DNA of 64,000 nt from the human T2T-CHM13v2.0 reference genome, Homo sapiens (GCF_009914755.1 NC_060942.1), one strand, 5' to 3'; shown: positions 1-14,465, counted from the stretch's first letter. Program-made: numbers and translations. Notes: generated by a model not told the origin, from the sequence alone.

Positions 1-114
1 TGAGGACATATGCTTTCCCCTATCAGACATACTTGTGGATGCATGGTAGCAGTTGTTGATCTTGGCATGTACATTTTTTAGTCTGAATTCATAAAACTGT
101 GCAGAAATGAAAAG

Positions 115-311
115 TTGGTTATGAGAAGGTCATGAGAAATTAGTGTTTAGTGGGTACAGATTTTAAGTGGAGGAAGATAAAAAGTTCTGGAGATTGATGG
201 TGGTAATGGTTGTAGAACAATGTGAATGTACTTAATACTATAGAATTGTACACTTTAAGATTGTTAAATAGTAAATTTTATGTTATGTATACTAAACCAA
301 AATAAAATAAA
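115..311 (+). mobile_element. L1M (L1MB-like) 3' end fragment
   Basis: L1MB-type 3' UTR motifs (aaagttctggagattgatggtggtaatggttgtagaacaatgtgaatgtacttaat...ttttatgttatgtat) ending in an A-rich tail. Confidence 0.8.
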
Positions 312-618
312 TGGTGATCCCAGTGCTTACCTTGGGTGGGGAACCCTCAATAATTAGAAACAATTATTCAAAAAATTTTCAAACACCTATTTGTGCTTTT
401 TCATATTAATGTTTGCAGTTGTTAGTATTATACACATAATTCAATTCCACTTGAAAAACAATTGCTAGCTGATTCTGTGAACACATTTTGGAAAGATGTA
501 ATTAGTTAATGATGCCTTGTCACTACTGCAGATTTTACACATTGTTAATATTGCAGAAGCTTCTTTAAGAAAATGTATTCTAAAGTTACTATCTTAGTAT
601 CTAAAATAATACTAACTA

Positions 619-967
<349 letters not shown>

Positions 968-1235
968 TCATTCCTAACATTGTATGTTACTCTCCTTGCC
1001 CACTCCTTTTAGTCTTGAGACTAATAAATATTAATTCATTCATGGAATAAATTAAAACAATATTTTTGTTCCTACCATGTGCCAGGACCTGTGGTGAGGA
1101 CGCACAAAAAGGAACAGACCCTGAGTTCAAAACTCCTATCTGGGTGTGCTTATGCGGTGAAGGAAGAGTAGGGATGTGAAAGGAAAGGGAGACAAAGCAT
1201 GATGACAATGAGAATGAACAATAACATGAAAAACC

Positions 1236-1534
1236 AGCCGGGCGTGGTGGCTCACGCCTGTAATCTCAGCACTTTGGGAGGCGGAGGCGGGTGGATCACC
1301 TGAGGTTGGGAGTTTAAGACCAGCTTGACCAACGTGGTGAAACCCTGTCTCTACTAAAAATACAAAATTAGCTGGGTGTGGTGGCACGCGCCTGTAGTCC
1401 CAGACACTCGGGAGGCTGAGGCAGGAGAATTGCTTGAACCTGGGAGGTGGAGGCTGCCTAACTGCACTCCAGCCTGGGAAACAACAGCAAAACTCCGTCT
1501 CAAAAAAAAAAAAAAAAAAAGGAAAAAGAAAAAG
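1236..1534 (+). mobile_element. AluS with a short right-arm deletion
   Basis: Both arms present but the gcagtgagccgagatcgcgcc segment is missing; gaaaaacca repeated on both sides as TSD. Confidence 0.95.
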
Positions 1535-1975
1535 AAAAACCACAGGTCATTTAGTCCACGAAGACACGACCTTTACATGCATGCTGTCTCAGATGATCCT
1601 TCCAACAATTTTCTAAGTAAAGTACTATTGTTATTTCACCTTTACAAATGATAAAGTCATGCTCAGAAAGTCTATTCAATACCATTCTCAATATCAGAAA
1701 ATTAGTAATTTGAGGTACCTGTCTCTGGTCATTTTACTTCAAAGCCTATGTTTTAAATCACATTATGATATTACCTATCCCTTCTAATGTTAAAACAAAA
1801 CAAGAAAATCTACACAAGGTGAGAAAAGATAGTGTGGAACCTGGGAAAACAGTACAACAAAATTTGGCATGATGATTATTATTTTTTTTGTCAGAGGAAT
1901 TTTAGGTTTTAGTTTTGGGGAAGTTATCGAGTAGAATGCTATCAGTCTCATTAATGAAACAACTCCCAAAACATT

Positions 1976-2001
1976 ACACACACACACACAGACACACACA
2001 A

Positions 2002-2049
<48 letters not shown>

Positions 2050-2091
2050 GGGAGAGGGGGGCGGAGAGAGAGAGAGAGAGAGAGGGAGAGA
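1976..2091. repeat. (CA)n microsatellite followed by (GA)n
   Basis: Imperfect CA repeat 1976-2047, then a G/A tract. Confidence 0.95.
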
Positions 2092-2408
2092 AATTAAATA
2101 ACAGCAGATAGGTGATATCTGGAAAACTGGTGGATAACGAATGACTGCTTAACCAGATCCCAGGAAGGCAATTGCCTGAGCTCTGAATGAAGAAAGCTTA
2201 CTGGTAAGTTGATTCACATGTCAGATCTTCTACATTGCTAGGAAAGTTGGCTACAAAGGGGACACAAGTAGAGGGACTGACAGAAAGCTTATATTAGAAG
2301 AAGGAAGACCCATGCTTTACTTTGTCAAACTATCATACTGCTGTCCCTCCAAAAAGTTTAATATGATCATATCAGAAGGATATGAGAATAAAAAAAGAGA
2401 AAGTAAGA

Positions 2409-2410
2409 GT

Positions 2411-2446
<36 letters not shown>

Positions 2447-2525
2447 CAGACAGAGAAGAAAATAAAGAAGAAAGGAGGGAAAGGGGAAGGAGTGGGAGAG
2501 GGGGTTGGAGGAGGAGAGGAAAACA
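2409..2525. repeat. (GT)n microsatellite followed by (GA)n and a polypurine tract
   Basis: GT repeat 2409-2434, then an almost pure purine run. Confidence 0.95.
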
Positions 2526-3469
2526 GAAGCCCTGGTTATGGTTTAAACTATTTCCTTGTATAGCTTTCCAAAAATTAAATCTAATTTTAGAAGGTATTAT
2601 AACTTACTATTACATTTTATAATAAGTTTCCCAAATGATACGGAAGTTTTAGACTACTACTTTTAGGGATTCAGTTAACTGACATTCTCTTCTAAAGCCT
2701 CTTTGAGGGATGTGGTGCCTGTTTCAAATGACATTTGCTACCTTAAAACCTAGGACTCGAGTTATCTATCCAAAGGCAAGTTGAGTAATTTTCACAAGAA
2801 TTTATTAAGTCTATTAATCTTGTTTATTCCAGTGAAGCAGATCATTTATGTTCTTAGGTTATAGGTAAATGGTATAAAATTCTTCAGAGAATCAATGAGC
2901 TTTTGTTTTGTTTGTCCTTCTCAATAGCACGTTAATTTTAACTTTAAAAGGCATACAATTTGATTTCATAATTGAATCACAAGAAACACAAATAAAAACT
3001 ATCAAAAGTTTGGTGCTAATAAATAAATCACCCAAATTCATACCTGGGAAATTTCAGATTTTACACAGTGAGGCTTTCTTTGAGCACCAAAATCCCTTTA
3101 GAATGTGTTAATGTGCTATAGGAGAGGGCACTGTGTGTATCCAGGTTGTCCTGGAAGAAATGCATTCCTAAAGACCAACTTAATCCAATAGAATTGAAAG
3201 TCTTAGCATTGAATAGTGAAGAGATGCATATTTAAGACATTCCAGAAGGTTCTTTTCCCTTCTGCTTGGATACTCATTGCTAGGTGACAGACTCCTTCTC
3301 CTCTTTCACGTCACCTCAACCAAAAACTCTGTTCTACCAGAGCCTCTCAAATGCCATCTCTGGTTTCCACCTTTGAAATGCATTGATTTATTCATTTGGT
3401 AAATATTTTTTCACACACAAAGTTACACAGCCACCATCTGTCCAAATCGTGCTAAATGCCACACAATAT

Positions 3470-3982
<513 letters not shown>

Positions 3983-4029
3983 GAGGGTTTGCTTTATACC
4001 TGTCCCTGTACTACACTTCACACCTGTCA

Positions 4030-4160
4030 TCCCATCTGAATGTTACCACAAACTGATGAGCAAGGCAGTACTGTTGTTCACTTATGCACAAGAGGAAACT
4101 GAGGCTTATAGGGACTAAGTCACTTGAGGAAGACTGCTTGTCTGATAATTGGTGACTGGG
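4030..4160 (-). mobile_element. MIR fragment
   Basis: gaggaaactgaggcttatagggactaagtcacttg MIR core. Confidence 0.6.
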
Positions 4161-4600
4161 TGACCCAAAGACTCTCTCCTGCCCTACAGCGCAAGTTTCT
4201 ACTCACTGCCCTCTGCCTTTGCTCTACCAAATATCTGCAACCATGCAGAGGTACTCTATAACTGTACTGATTTCTACCAGGACTTAATAAACATAAACTT
4301 ATTTTGAGCTACATAAAAATATCTAATAAATATGATAAATATGCTAGAATCATGAAACAGTGATCAAAACTACTGTATCTAATGGCTGCTCTTTAAAATA
4401 ATCTGTGTATTACAAGCTGTAATAGCTCCAGTGACATTTTCAACTTCATGGAAGATAAATTTAACTAGAAAACTCCAATTATGGAAAGAATTATTTTTGT
4501 ACCATACGTATAACTTTAAACATCCAATTTCATTCAGATATAGGAAAATCATAAAACCTTTCCATCAGATTAACAATAAAAACACAAGGACTACCCCCAA

Positions 4601-4657
4601 ACTTACCTGACAAAGAATTAAATTAAAAGGTTTAAATTGGTACAAATAGTAGTAGGT
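4601..4657 (-). other. Candidate recursive splice site (acceptor fused to a donor, CAG|GTAAGT)
   Basis: Minus strand ccttttaatttaattctttgtcAG|GTAAGT, junction 4607/4606; no other AG for 49 nt upstream; unique sequence. Confidence 0.45.
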
Positions 4658-5123
4658 CTATGATTGAGACTCAAGTAGGAAAGGGGAAGAAAAACCGGAA
4701 CAACTTCAATTTCTATGTGAAGAGCTGGCGGCAAATCTAATTAACAACACAAAGCCTCAGGCGAAGAAGCTGCTATTCTACCCTTTGCCAAATAAAATGA
4801 ACTTCATCTTTTAAAAGCTCCAGCCAAGCTAAAATAAGTTACTAAATGGTAAGACGTGTGAAATCCAAGCCCTTTAAAGATACAGAGGCCAGAACAACAA
4901 ATGTAATTGCTTCATTCCTTAACAAGCGGATTGAAAAGTAAACACCTTGTGGTCATTATAACAACTAAGTCATATAAATATATTTGATGCAGTATAAAAT
5001 AAAATAACGCCTATAGAAATATTCCATACACTGTAGGCCTCTACAGTTATCGGGTAAGATGTAGGTAGGTAGGTAAGACATGACAACACACATGGCTTTG
5101 CTTTCAACTAAGGGCTTGGTTAC

Positions 5124-5238
5124 CTGTACAGTTTCTGGTGATAGCATCCATTGAGAATACACACTTTGTTCAGCATTGTGCTTTGGGGTTCAAGGATAAA
5201 TTTACAGTATCATACATGTACTTCAGGCCTTCAAACCG
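5124..5238 (-). other. Candidate cryptic or alternative exon (115 nt)
   Basis: Acceptor ctctttccatttccccaAG, donor CAG|GTAACC; stops in all three frames if internal; ATG at 5176 gives MLNKVCILNGCYHQKLY plus 2 nt open to the donor. Confidence 0.3.
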
Positions 5239-5644
5239 CTTGGGGAAATGGAAAGAGCGCACATAGCAATAGCACTAAATATATGGCGGAAGATAAGCCA
5301 GTGCTGAATTTTGTGGGTCAGGTGAGAAAAGTTTTAAAATGCTGAGGGAGGTTTCAAAAGCAAGAGAGTGCAAGAGAATTTGCAGAGTTTGCAGATTTGA
5401 TGGGATTTAGAACAGTAGAAGGAGGGGGCATGGATGAGGAGGTCAGCTCTGGAAGGCTGAGTCAGGATGAACTAAGCACTAAGAAGAGCCTCTATCTTCC
5501 CCGAAACTTTAATCACAGAACTGAAATACAAAGAGAAATAAAAAATCGTTTAGCCCATTTTTTTTCTTCCTTAGTCCAATGCCCACTGTCAGTGGAGAAG
5601 GAAAGATGCTGTAATTACAAAAGCCAAGGAAGCAACATGATGTC

Positions 5645-5850
5645 TTAGAGAAAAAGTGACAGCTTCGGATTTCTAGGAATGAGGTCAAATTCTCACTCCA
5701 GAAGTTTCCTCCCCTAGTGACCTAGGACAACTTATTTAGCATTTCTAAACCTCAGTTTTCTTATGTATCAAATGGGGGCATTAATAGTCAAAGAGTAAAA
5801 AAGGCTCCACAGGCTTTTTGAAAATGAAATTCAGATGAGATAATGTTTAG
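5645..5850 (+). mobile_element. MIR
   Basis: gtgacctaggacaacttatttagcatttctaaacctcagttttcttatgtatcaaatgggg MIR core. Confidence 0.75.
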
Positions 5851-6379
5851 CTTCTTTCTCTTACACCATCTCTTCTCCACCTCTAGAGAAGGGCCTGAGT
5901 ATCCGCTCTGCTTCAGTGTGAGTGGCTTCTTGGACACTGGTGATATTATGAAATAATTTTTCCCACTCCAGGCTAGACTTGAGGACTAAATATTGTGTGA
6001 TCTAGCCATATTTTTGTATCTAATTCAATTGCAGGAGAAATGGGAAAGCTTCAATTAACACATTTTGTTAGAAGACCTAGGCTCTGACCTCACCTAGGAG
6101 ATACTTCTGTGAAGGACTTATACCAGGATTTGGTTGGGTTAGAATCGTTCCTGTGGGAAATGAGACTCCTCATTCAGAAGATACTTTCCAGTTTCTTGGG
6201 TGTGAGTTTTTTTTTAATTGCATTAGATTACACATTTTCTCCTTTTTTTGTTGTTTTTACTGTTAACATTAGTCAGCTTGCATATGTGCATATGCTCAAC
6301 GCATGCGTGTGTTGTTTTGAAACACAAAACAACTGGTGCTTTGAAAAAGTTAAACATCTACAATAAAATTCCAATTGCC

Positions 6380-6690
6380 ATCTTCCCCAGGAAGTTTCCC
6401 ACTTCATTCTTTAAGGTAAGTTCAATTTCCACTTCTTCAAGAAGGCTGCAATCATCCACTGCTTTCCTGATTTACTCCTCTCCTCCCGTTAGGTTAGGTA
6501 CTCCTTTTATGTGATTTCCTACAACCTTGAACACATCTTTAGCACTGTGCTTTATCACAGTGTACAGGTTTACATACATTTTCTGACTCCAGGCTGCGAG
6601 TTCTTTGGGAACAAGAACCCTCTTATTCCTCATTGTATCCTGTGTTTAGTTGTCTGGCATATAACGATGCACTCAGTAGGTAAGAGCACA
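6380..6690 (+). mobile_element. L2 3' end
   Basis: ggctgcgagttctttgggaacaagaac...tgtctggcatataacgatgcactcagta resembles the L2 terminus. Confidence 0.65.
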
Positions 6691-7668
6691 AGATACTTAT
6701 CTAGAAGCAACAGAAATGTCACCCTGTCCCTTCCCATTTAAATAGTAAACATTATTCTGTATGCCAAAAGGTTCATTCATTCTTGCTTTGGTGCTTCTTC
6801 ACATCATTCTCATATATAAGACACAGCCTCCCTAGCCCAGTTCTTTACATCATCTTAGCAATTCTCTGATTGTTTAGAAGGCCTTACAGAACACCGTAGG
6901 TGCCTTACAGAACACCTTAGTAATTCTCTCTGCTGGGTTTGATTCTTTCAAATTCTTAGCCCACTAAATGCACTTTTACTCTATGCTTGCATGTAAAGGA
7001 TGCTGACTTATTTTTCCTTTCAAAGCCTAGGTCTAAAGAGAAAACAACTAAAAAAATTCTGCAGCATTATACAAAGTAAGCCCAGGTATTAGTCAAAGTC
7101 CAATTCCAACACCTTAGGCCTACTTGATAAGATGTGTTCTCCCTTAGGGCACAATTCATCTGTAATCACTGCTACTGGATACTGACTTGAGCAGAACTAT
7201 AAACATTTTATTGCAGACAGCTTGACTTTGACAAAGGCAAAATCTTTTTACCCTCTAATTCATAAGATCTCCTCATTTACTCATCAGCCTTACTTTTTAA
7301 GAGTGCCCACTGGGATAATTACAGTGGTTGTTTCACTCATGTCGGCTTTATTTAGATAATAAGCTCAAAGGCCAGGGATGCCTTAGCAGTTTCTATCTTT
7401 AGCACTGAATACAATATATGAGAATAACATTTGTGAAATGTTAATACCAGGTTTTTAATATCTTTTAGTAACAAATCCTTTTGAATTGTCTAGGGGCTAC
7501 ACTGGAGTCAAGTTTCATTTATTTTCTTCTTGAGATTTTTATATTGATTCCAATGCTAGAAATTATAGGCCATTAGTGGATCATTGAGCATTTCCTCTTC
7601 TTGAACATTTTCAGTAGTGTACTACTGATACTTAATTCTAAATTTAATCTAGATATGTGCTCCTCTAG

Positions 7669-8290
<622 letters not shown>

Positions 8291-8350
8291 TGAACATGGT
8301 CTTACCACTACATCCTACACCAAGATTATACAATACTAACTAAGGTGATA

Positions 8351-8579
8351 CAGATGGTCCCCAATTTATGATGGTTCCACTTAAAAAATTTTTCAATTTT
8401 ATGATGAGTTTATCAGGGCAGAACCCCACCATAAGTGGAAGAGCATCTGAACTAACAATAATTCAACTTATAATTTTTGACTTTAAGTTTGTCAGGGTGT
8501 GAAATGTCTTTTTGACTGATATTTTTGACTTACAGTGGTTTACTGGGATGTGATCCCACCGCAAGATGAGGGGCATCTG
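8351..8579. mobile_element. MER47/Tigger5-derived MITE (TcMar-Tigger)
   Basis: TA-flanked, terminal inverted repeats cagatggtcccc...ggggcatctg, internal gacttac-type motifs. Confidence 0.75.
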
Positions 8580-9054
8580 TACTTCAATTTGGAAACACTG
8601 ACTTGAATCATAAAATTTCTGACTAAAACTATTAAACATAATTGTAGCATTTTATCATTACATTTATCTGTCAGTTTTATTTTACCATATTTTATTTCTA
8701 ATATTATATTTACTGAATAATTCTATGATATAATCGTTTCTGTGCCAAAGTACAGAAATAACAGATTTTTGTTATTCCTAAGTTTTACTAGAATTTAAGT
8801 GACTTTAAAATATAATCATAGCCTTAGAAAATTTGTTTAGGGAAAATGAAAGTCATTTATTAACTCTCTATGGTAATATTTTAGTGTTAGTTGTGCAAAC
8901 ATGCGTGCCAGGACATGCACACACAAACTCATTTAAGCTTTGCTTTTCCATATTGTGTCCTCATTTTACTTACTTCTTAGCCTTATTAAGAGTAGCAGAA
9001 AGTGACCTACATTTTCCTCTCCTAAAAAATTATGCTTGTCATGTTTTCTGCAAG

Positions 9055-9420
9055 TCATATTCAGTCTTCCAACAAATGTTTACTGCTTGCAATGTTTATG
9101 GTGCTTGGCATATTATCAGTAAACAAACAGAAAAATGTCACTGCACGAAGCTTGTATCAGAAGACAGACCATAAATAATAGAAGCACTAAATAAGGAATT
9201 TTATAGTAGGTGAGAAGGTGATATGTGCTATGGAATAAAGAAAAAGTAGATGTGGGTTGGGTGGATAGAGAGACCTGGGTAATGGGAGTGGAGACAGTTG
9301 TATCCTTAAATAGGGTGGTCCTGGTTGGTACCGTTGAGAAATGGCTACCTGTTTGAGGAGAAGAGAAGAAAGAGATGCAGTTAGCCATGCAGCTACATGA
9401 GGGGAGTGCAACCTGGTCAG
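9055..9420 (-). mobile_element. L2 3' region
   Basis: caacaaatgtttactgcttgcaatgttt...agtaaacaaacagaaaaatgtcactgc is typical reverse L2a. Confidence 0.65.
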
Positions 9421-10384
9421 TCAAGAATATTTTTATTACTTAAAACTGCCTTTAAATGCTTATTCTTGTGAATAGGGAGACCAAAATGTGTGTTAGACGA
9501 AACTCTGACAGTTCATTGAGGGTGAAAATGAGCTGTAAAGGGCTAGATTGACAATGAACAAATGCAGGACACTCATCGTTTCTGCCCTGCAAATAGGCTC
9601 TGGCTTAGCAGCATTTCTGAGATAAAAAATGAAAATTCCCCTGGACATCCTCTGAACAAAAAGAGAACCTTCTGAAATGATGGTATTTACTATTGTAATA
9701 CATTGAAAAAGAATAGATAACAAGTTGAACTTCACTACAGATTAGGACCTAAAAAATGGCTAGTTAGCATGCTGCAGAAGCAATGAATAAATAAATTGTT
9801 AACAAAGAAGTGACTAGAACTGACCCAGATCAGTGCTCAACAAGACTTGGATAGATAAAGCCGAGACTCTTAGCTAAAGTGCAGCCCAGGGGAAATGTCT
9901 GCAGGTCATATGGAGAACTATCCTTCTTTGCCATGGGGACAAGGATAAGCACGGGAGTTTCAGAAGCAAAAATCAGAGACCTTTGACTGCAAATATTGAA
10001 GCCCCACAAGAGTGGAGAGAGGAGAGGCATCTTTGTGAGCTAAAGAAAGACCCCCTTCCTCATGCAGATGTAAATGGGACAAAGCCGAGGGACTTGCATC
10101 TAGGAAAAAAACAATTTGGAAGCCCATTTTCCAAATGATTGACCTTTATCTATATTCTGAGCAACTTGGCAGCACATTGATTCAGAACTGGGTAAGCAGA
10201 TTCTGAAGTCTAGGAACTTTGACTGGAGGACACCAGCTGCTACTTCTTAATGCCCCATGATCTGAGAAAGGAAGTCTGTAAGTAAAAACCAAGCAATAAC
10301 TGCTCTGAAGACCCAATAAGATTTTATGAACCTCTGTAATTTCTCTAATCACAAATTTGTAATTTTTGTTATTTGTATTTATTC

Positions 10385-10675
10385 CTTGACTCAAATATTA
10401 CTTCCTCAAAGAAGCCTTCTCAAATCCCCTACTATGTAAACTTGCCTGGCTTTGCAATGTCAGAGGGTTTCTACAACGGTAATTAAAATAAAATGACAAT
10501 TATATAATGGAATATCATATAATTAATTCTATAAAGTGATTTACAGCATGTATCTCTCTAAAATATGTTTTATAAAAACGGTAAGAACCAGGCTTGTTGG
10601 CCTTACTGTTGTTTCCCCAACACCTAGGCCAGTGCCTAAAGGAGTCACACAATAAACATTCCCCTAAATAATCAG
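10385..10675 (+). mobile_element. L2 3' end
   Basis: ctcaaatattacttcctcaaagaagccttct...tttccccaacacctaggccagtgccta...caataaacatt. Confidence 0.65.
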
Positions 10676-11029
10676 TGAAGACATCCAGAAAACAAGACCT
10701 TCAGAGGGATTATGACATAAAATGTACTCAGCTATTTTCATAGGATGGTACGTTAGGGCGTGGTGAAGAATAAAAGAAAAGTCTAATTGGTAGACAGGCA
10801 GGTGACAAGAAGAGATAAGTGAAATACCCAGAGCCTACAGATACAGAGAATATGTGCTGACTTCAATAATGTAAAGCACTGTTATTGCTCCCAGGTTTAC
10901 CGAGGGACAATATGAGAAACATTTATCTAAAGAATATCTGTTTTTCCCCAAAATTAAATTTTGGGACTTATGAAATTTATTACTTAGACTATTTAAAACA
11001 TTACCTATAACATAGGTATTAACTTATAA

Positions 11030-11270
11030 TTTAAGGGAAGGCTTGTGAGCATAGACCCTGGAGTCAAACTGCTAGGGTGGCCTCCCAGTTCTGTCCCTCA
11101 CTGGGTGAGTAAGATGCTTAACCTCAATTTCCTCATCTGCCAAACTGGGATAGCAACTGCAAAGTGAGCCCTAGGGTTGAAAGAAGGTGTTTATACAATA
11201 TATTTAAAGTGCTTATAACAGTGCCTAGCCTATGGCAGGTAGGATGTAAATTGATTATTATTGTTATTAC
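11030..11270 (+). mobile_element. MIR
   Basis: gagcatagaccctggagtcaaactg...aacctcaatttcctcatctgccaaactggg...aaagtgcttataacagtgcctagc. Confidence 0.85.
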
Positions 11271-11804
11271 TATCTATACACTTTTGACTGATAATATGGA
11301 CTATACAGGCTGCATGTTATTATCTAGATATTTTGGAAAGAATTAAATGCTTGCTTGCCACAGCAAACATCCCTGGGTACCTGGCAATTCCCTTTCTCCT
11401 GCTAATTAGCTTTTGATTTATATTTTAACCACTCTCAAATTATATTGACTTATATAACTTTCAAAACTCTAAATTACCTCAATTGCTTTCTAGAAGTAGA
11501 CAAGTAAAAAGTTACAATCTTTTAAGTATTATACATTGAATGCAATTTATTATGCTTATAATTACCAAATTCATTACAATTATCCCTTCTAAATTAGTCT
11601 GAAGGTCAATTAATTTTGAAATACAGTGTTTTGCAAACTTAAACTAATGAAAGCTAATTCAGCCCAGGTATCAGATATTTTAAAGACTGGTAAAATTACA
11701 CAAACTTTTGAAATATACTTCCTAAATATTCAGATTATTTGCCTCTAACATTTGCATGATACATCATAGTAATTTTTTTGACTCTGAAGCAGAAATGAGT
11801 GAAA

Positions 11805-11870
11805 AAGCACAATATTCAGCACATAGTAAGTGCTCAAAAAATACTGATTGAATGAATGGCTGAACTGATG
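11805..11870 (+). mobile_element. L2 tail
   Basis: cagcacatagtaagtgctcaaaaaatactgattgaatgaatg. Confidence 0.7.
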
Positions 11871-12705
11871 GTTTTCCCATGAGATGGCCTAAGGAGTTCA
11901 TAGGACGGTTGGGTTTTATCACTATTAAAAATTTATCAAAAACTGTACCACAGGTTCTTGCTATAAACACAAAGAAAAACATAAGGTATAAACACAAACA
12001 GAACTAAGAATGAATTTTTTTGTACAATCTGGTTTCATTGCTATCTATGCCTTCTTTAACTACTAGTTGAAAATATGATGGACTAAAAGGGAAACCAGAA
12101 GCCTATTTCTTAAGCCCAACTGGATCCATCATAAAATTCTTCCCTAAACCTCTCTCATTAACTTTGAGCTGCTAATGCCTATTGATCCGTGTGTTACATG
12201 GCATCGTGTAGGCTGAAAGTAATAATGACAGTAACCGCCTATTAACTGTTTAAACTCTATATTGCATATGAAAACACCACAAGTTCTGGTTGCCATGCAC
12301 AGCCGTACACTATAGAAAACAAGTGGCTCTACCTCTTACTCTCCATCCTGTAGAAAGTGCTGTCACATGTTTGATGGGGAAGATGGGAATCAGGCAGGGT
12401 CGGGTGGCACAGTTGTAGTTAGCAAGCCTGCTTCAGTGAAACTGCCACTCTGACACAGTCTTACTCAGAGATATCCCAGAAAACCACGGTCCTCTCCTAT
12501 GGCTCCACGTGTGCCCTGGAGAGACATGTAAGAGTAGAGGGCACCCCAAGCACAGAAGACAACAATGATGGAGGCCTCTGAGAACAGTGTTGGCCTCTGT
12601 ACAGTTTCCTGCCACTCTACATTCTCTCTGCATGGTTGCAGCCATATCCTGACTATGTGCAGGGAGGATTTAAGGCCGTCGAACTGAACACTTGACACTT
12701 TGTTC

Positions 12706-13011
12706 TCACACTGTACTGTGCCCCGATGTGATTAAATTAGCAGGATCAATCTCTTCCTGAGTCCGGTTACTGACTGTATGCCACAATTTGGCCACTAGAT
12801 TTATAATTTTTTCCCATGTCCATATCCCTGCTGGGCTCTCCAGCTTATTTAGGATAGGGACATCAATTTGCGGTTGCCCCCGACCTTGCAGGAATTTAGG
12901 GGTTTCGTTGGCTTTTTCTACCAGCAGTCCCTCCTCTGCTTCTGCCCTCCTTCCCTCATGACCTACACCCAGGTCTACTGGTGAGGTCCCTGCTGGAGAT
13001 ACCCTAGACAT
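12706..13011 (-). other. Unique-sequence 101-codon ORF; candidate alternative first coding exon of unknown product
   Basis: MSRVSPAG...GHSTV; not Alu or L1; locally higher GC; a possible donor AGT|GTGAGA at 12710/12709 would remove the stop (phase 2). Confidence 0.2.
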
Positions 13012-13816
13012 GAGATACCACCAGCAGAGATGTCACTGGCCTATTTTGAAATCAGGTCAGGTTTTAATATTTCCACGCAAAATGTGAAAATGTAGGGGGG
13101 AAAGGAGAGCGCTGGATGCCTTCCTATTTCACATCCATGTTCACAGTCCTACTGATGACCTTAGATTCCTCACTGTATGGTTTTACCACCTGTTGGGACA
13201 CCTATTCATGTAGGGCCGTCACATCCTTGTTACTGACACATTCACCGGCTTATATAATTCTTCATCTATTACCATCTTTTTCAAATGATATGTTCTGCTC
13301 ACTGAGCTGGACTTGTAACATGTTTGCTACGCTAGTACCACCTGACAGGTCATGACATAGAAAAAAATCAGATCCATGATAATTTTAAGGTATCATGACA
13401 TAGAATTACCTTTGAAATTCTATTCCATGTAGTTTCTTGTACACTGTCACAATAAAGGAGTGTACTTCTTGCTCTATTTTCTGTTTCTGAAGTTAGCAGT
13501 GAAAGGATTGAAGGAAACATATGTTTTCCAGGGCTGTACAGTCACTCTTTCATGAATAACTGTTTCACTGAATTCAGATATTAAAAAGTTTGCATACTCC
13601 CTATTCACCCAGAAACTTGTTTCTATTTAAGTATCTCTTTTGTTTTCCTCTCGAATCTCAAGTGCAGATACAGGATGGGGAAGAAAGGCATAGAGCTGAA
13701 GCATAATTGGAACTTGATCCCCAGGATGATCAAACACAAACCTTAACAGCTATTGCCATTGGGCAGTTATAGAACAACAAGTAAAATATATAAAAAGAGC
13801 TAAAAGCTTTCCTTTT

Positions 13817-14154
<338 letters not shown>

Positions 14155-14465
14155 TAATACCCAAATATGGCAAATGGCTCAAATACTTCCCAGAAAACTT
14201 TTTATTTCCAGCATCACTAAAACATTCCTCTGTGGCTTCACCATTCATAGCTTGAAAGAAAATTCAGTGCATTTCTATTGCTTGACACGGCAAAATTTAC
14301 AAATACGTATAGAGAATAAGAATTATTAAGATGTGAGCTGTTAAACCATGAAGCTGCCCTGCTTGAAAAACGGTAGGAAATCTGAAAGTTGTAACATGAT
14401 ATAAAAATCAAAGACCAATTCAAGTGCAGGCTGAATCTAGAACAATGCATTAAGCCTTTGCTTAC

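Noticed and set aside
325-360. Minus-strand donor AAG|GTAAGC with a possible 15-nt exon
   Set aside because: The nearest acceptor is GAG with a poor pyrimidine tract.
13040-13321. Protein-like minus-strand frame upstream of the 101-aa ORF (MLQVQLSEQ...)
   Set aside because: About 4 stops in 85 codons is the random expectation, and a frameshift is needed to join it to the ORF.
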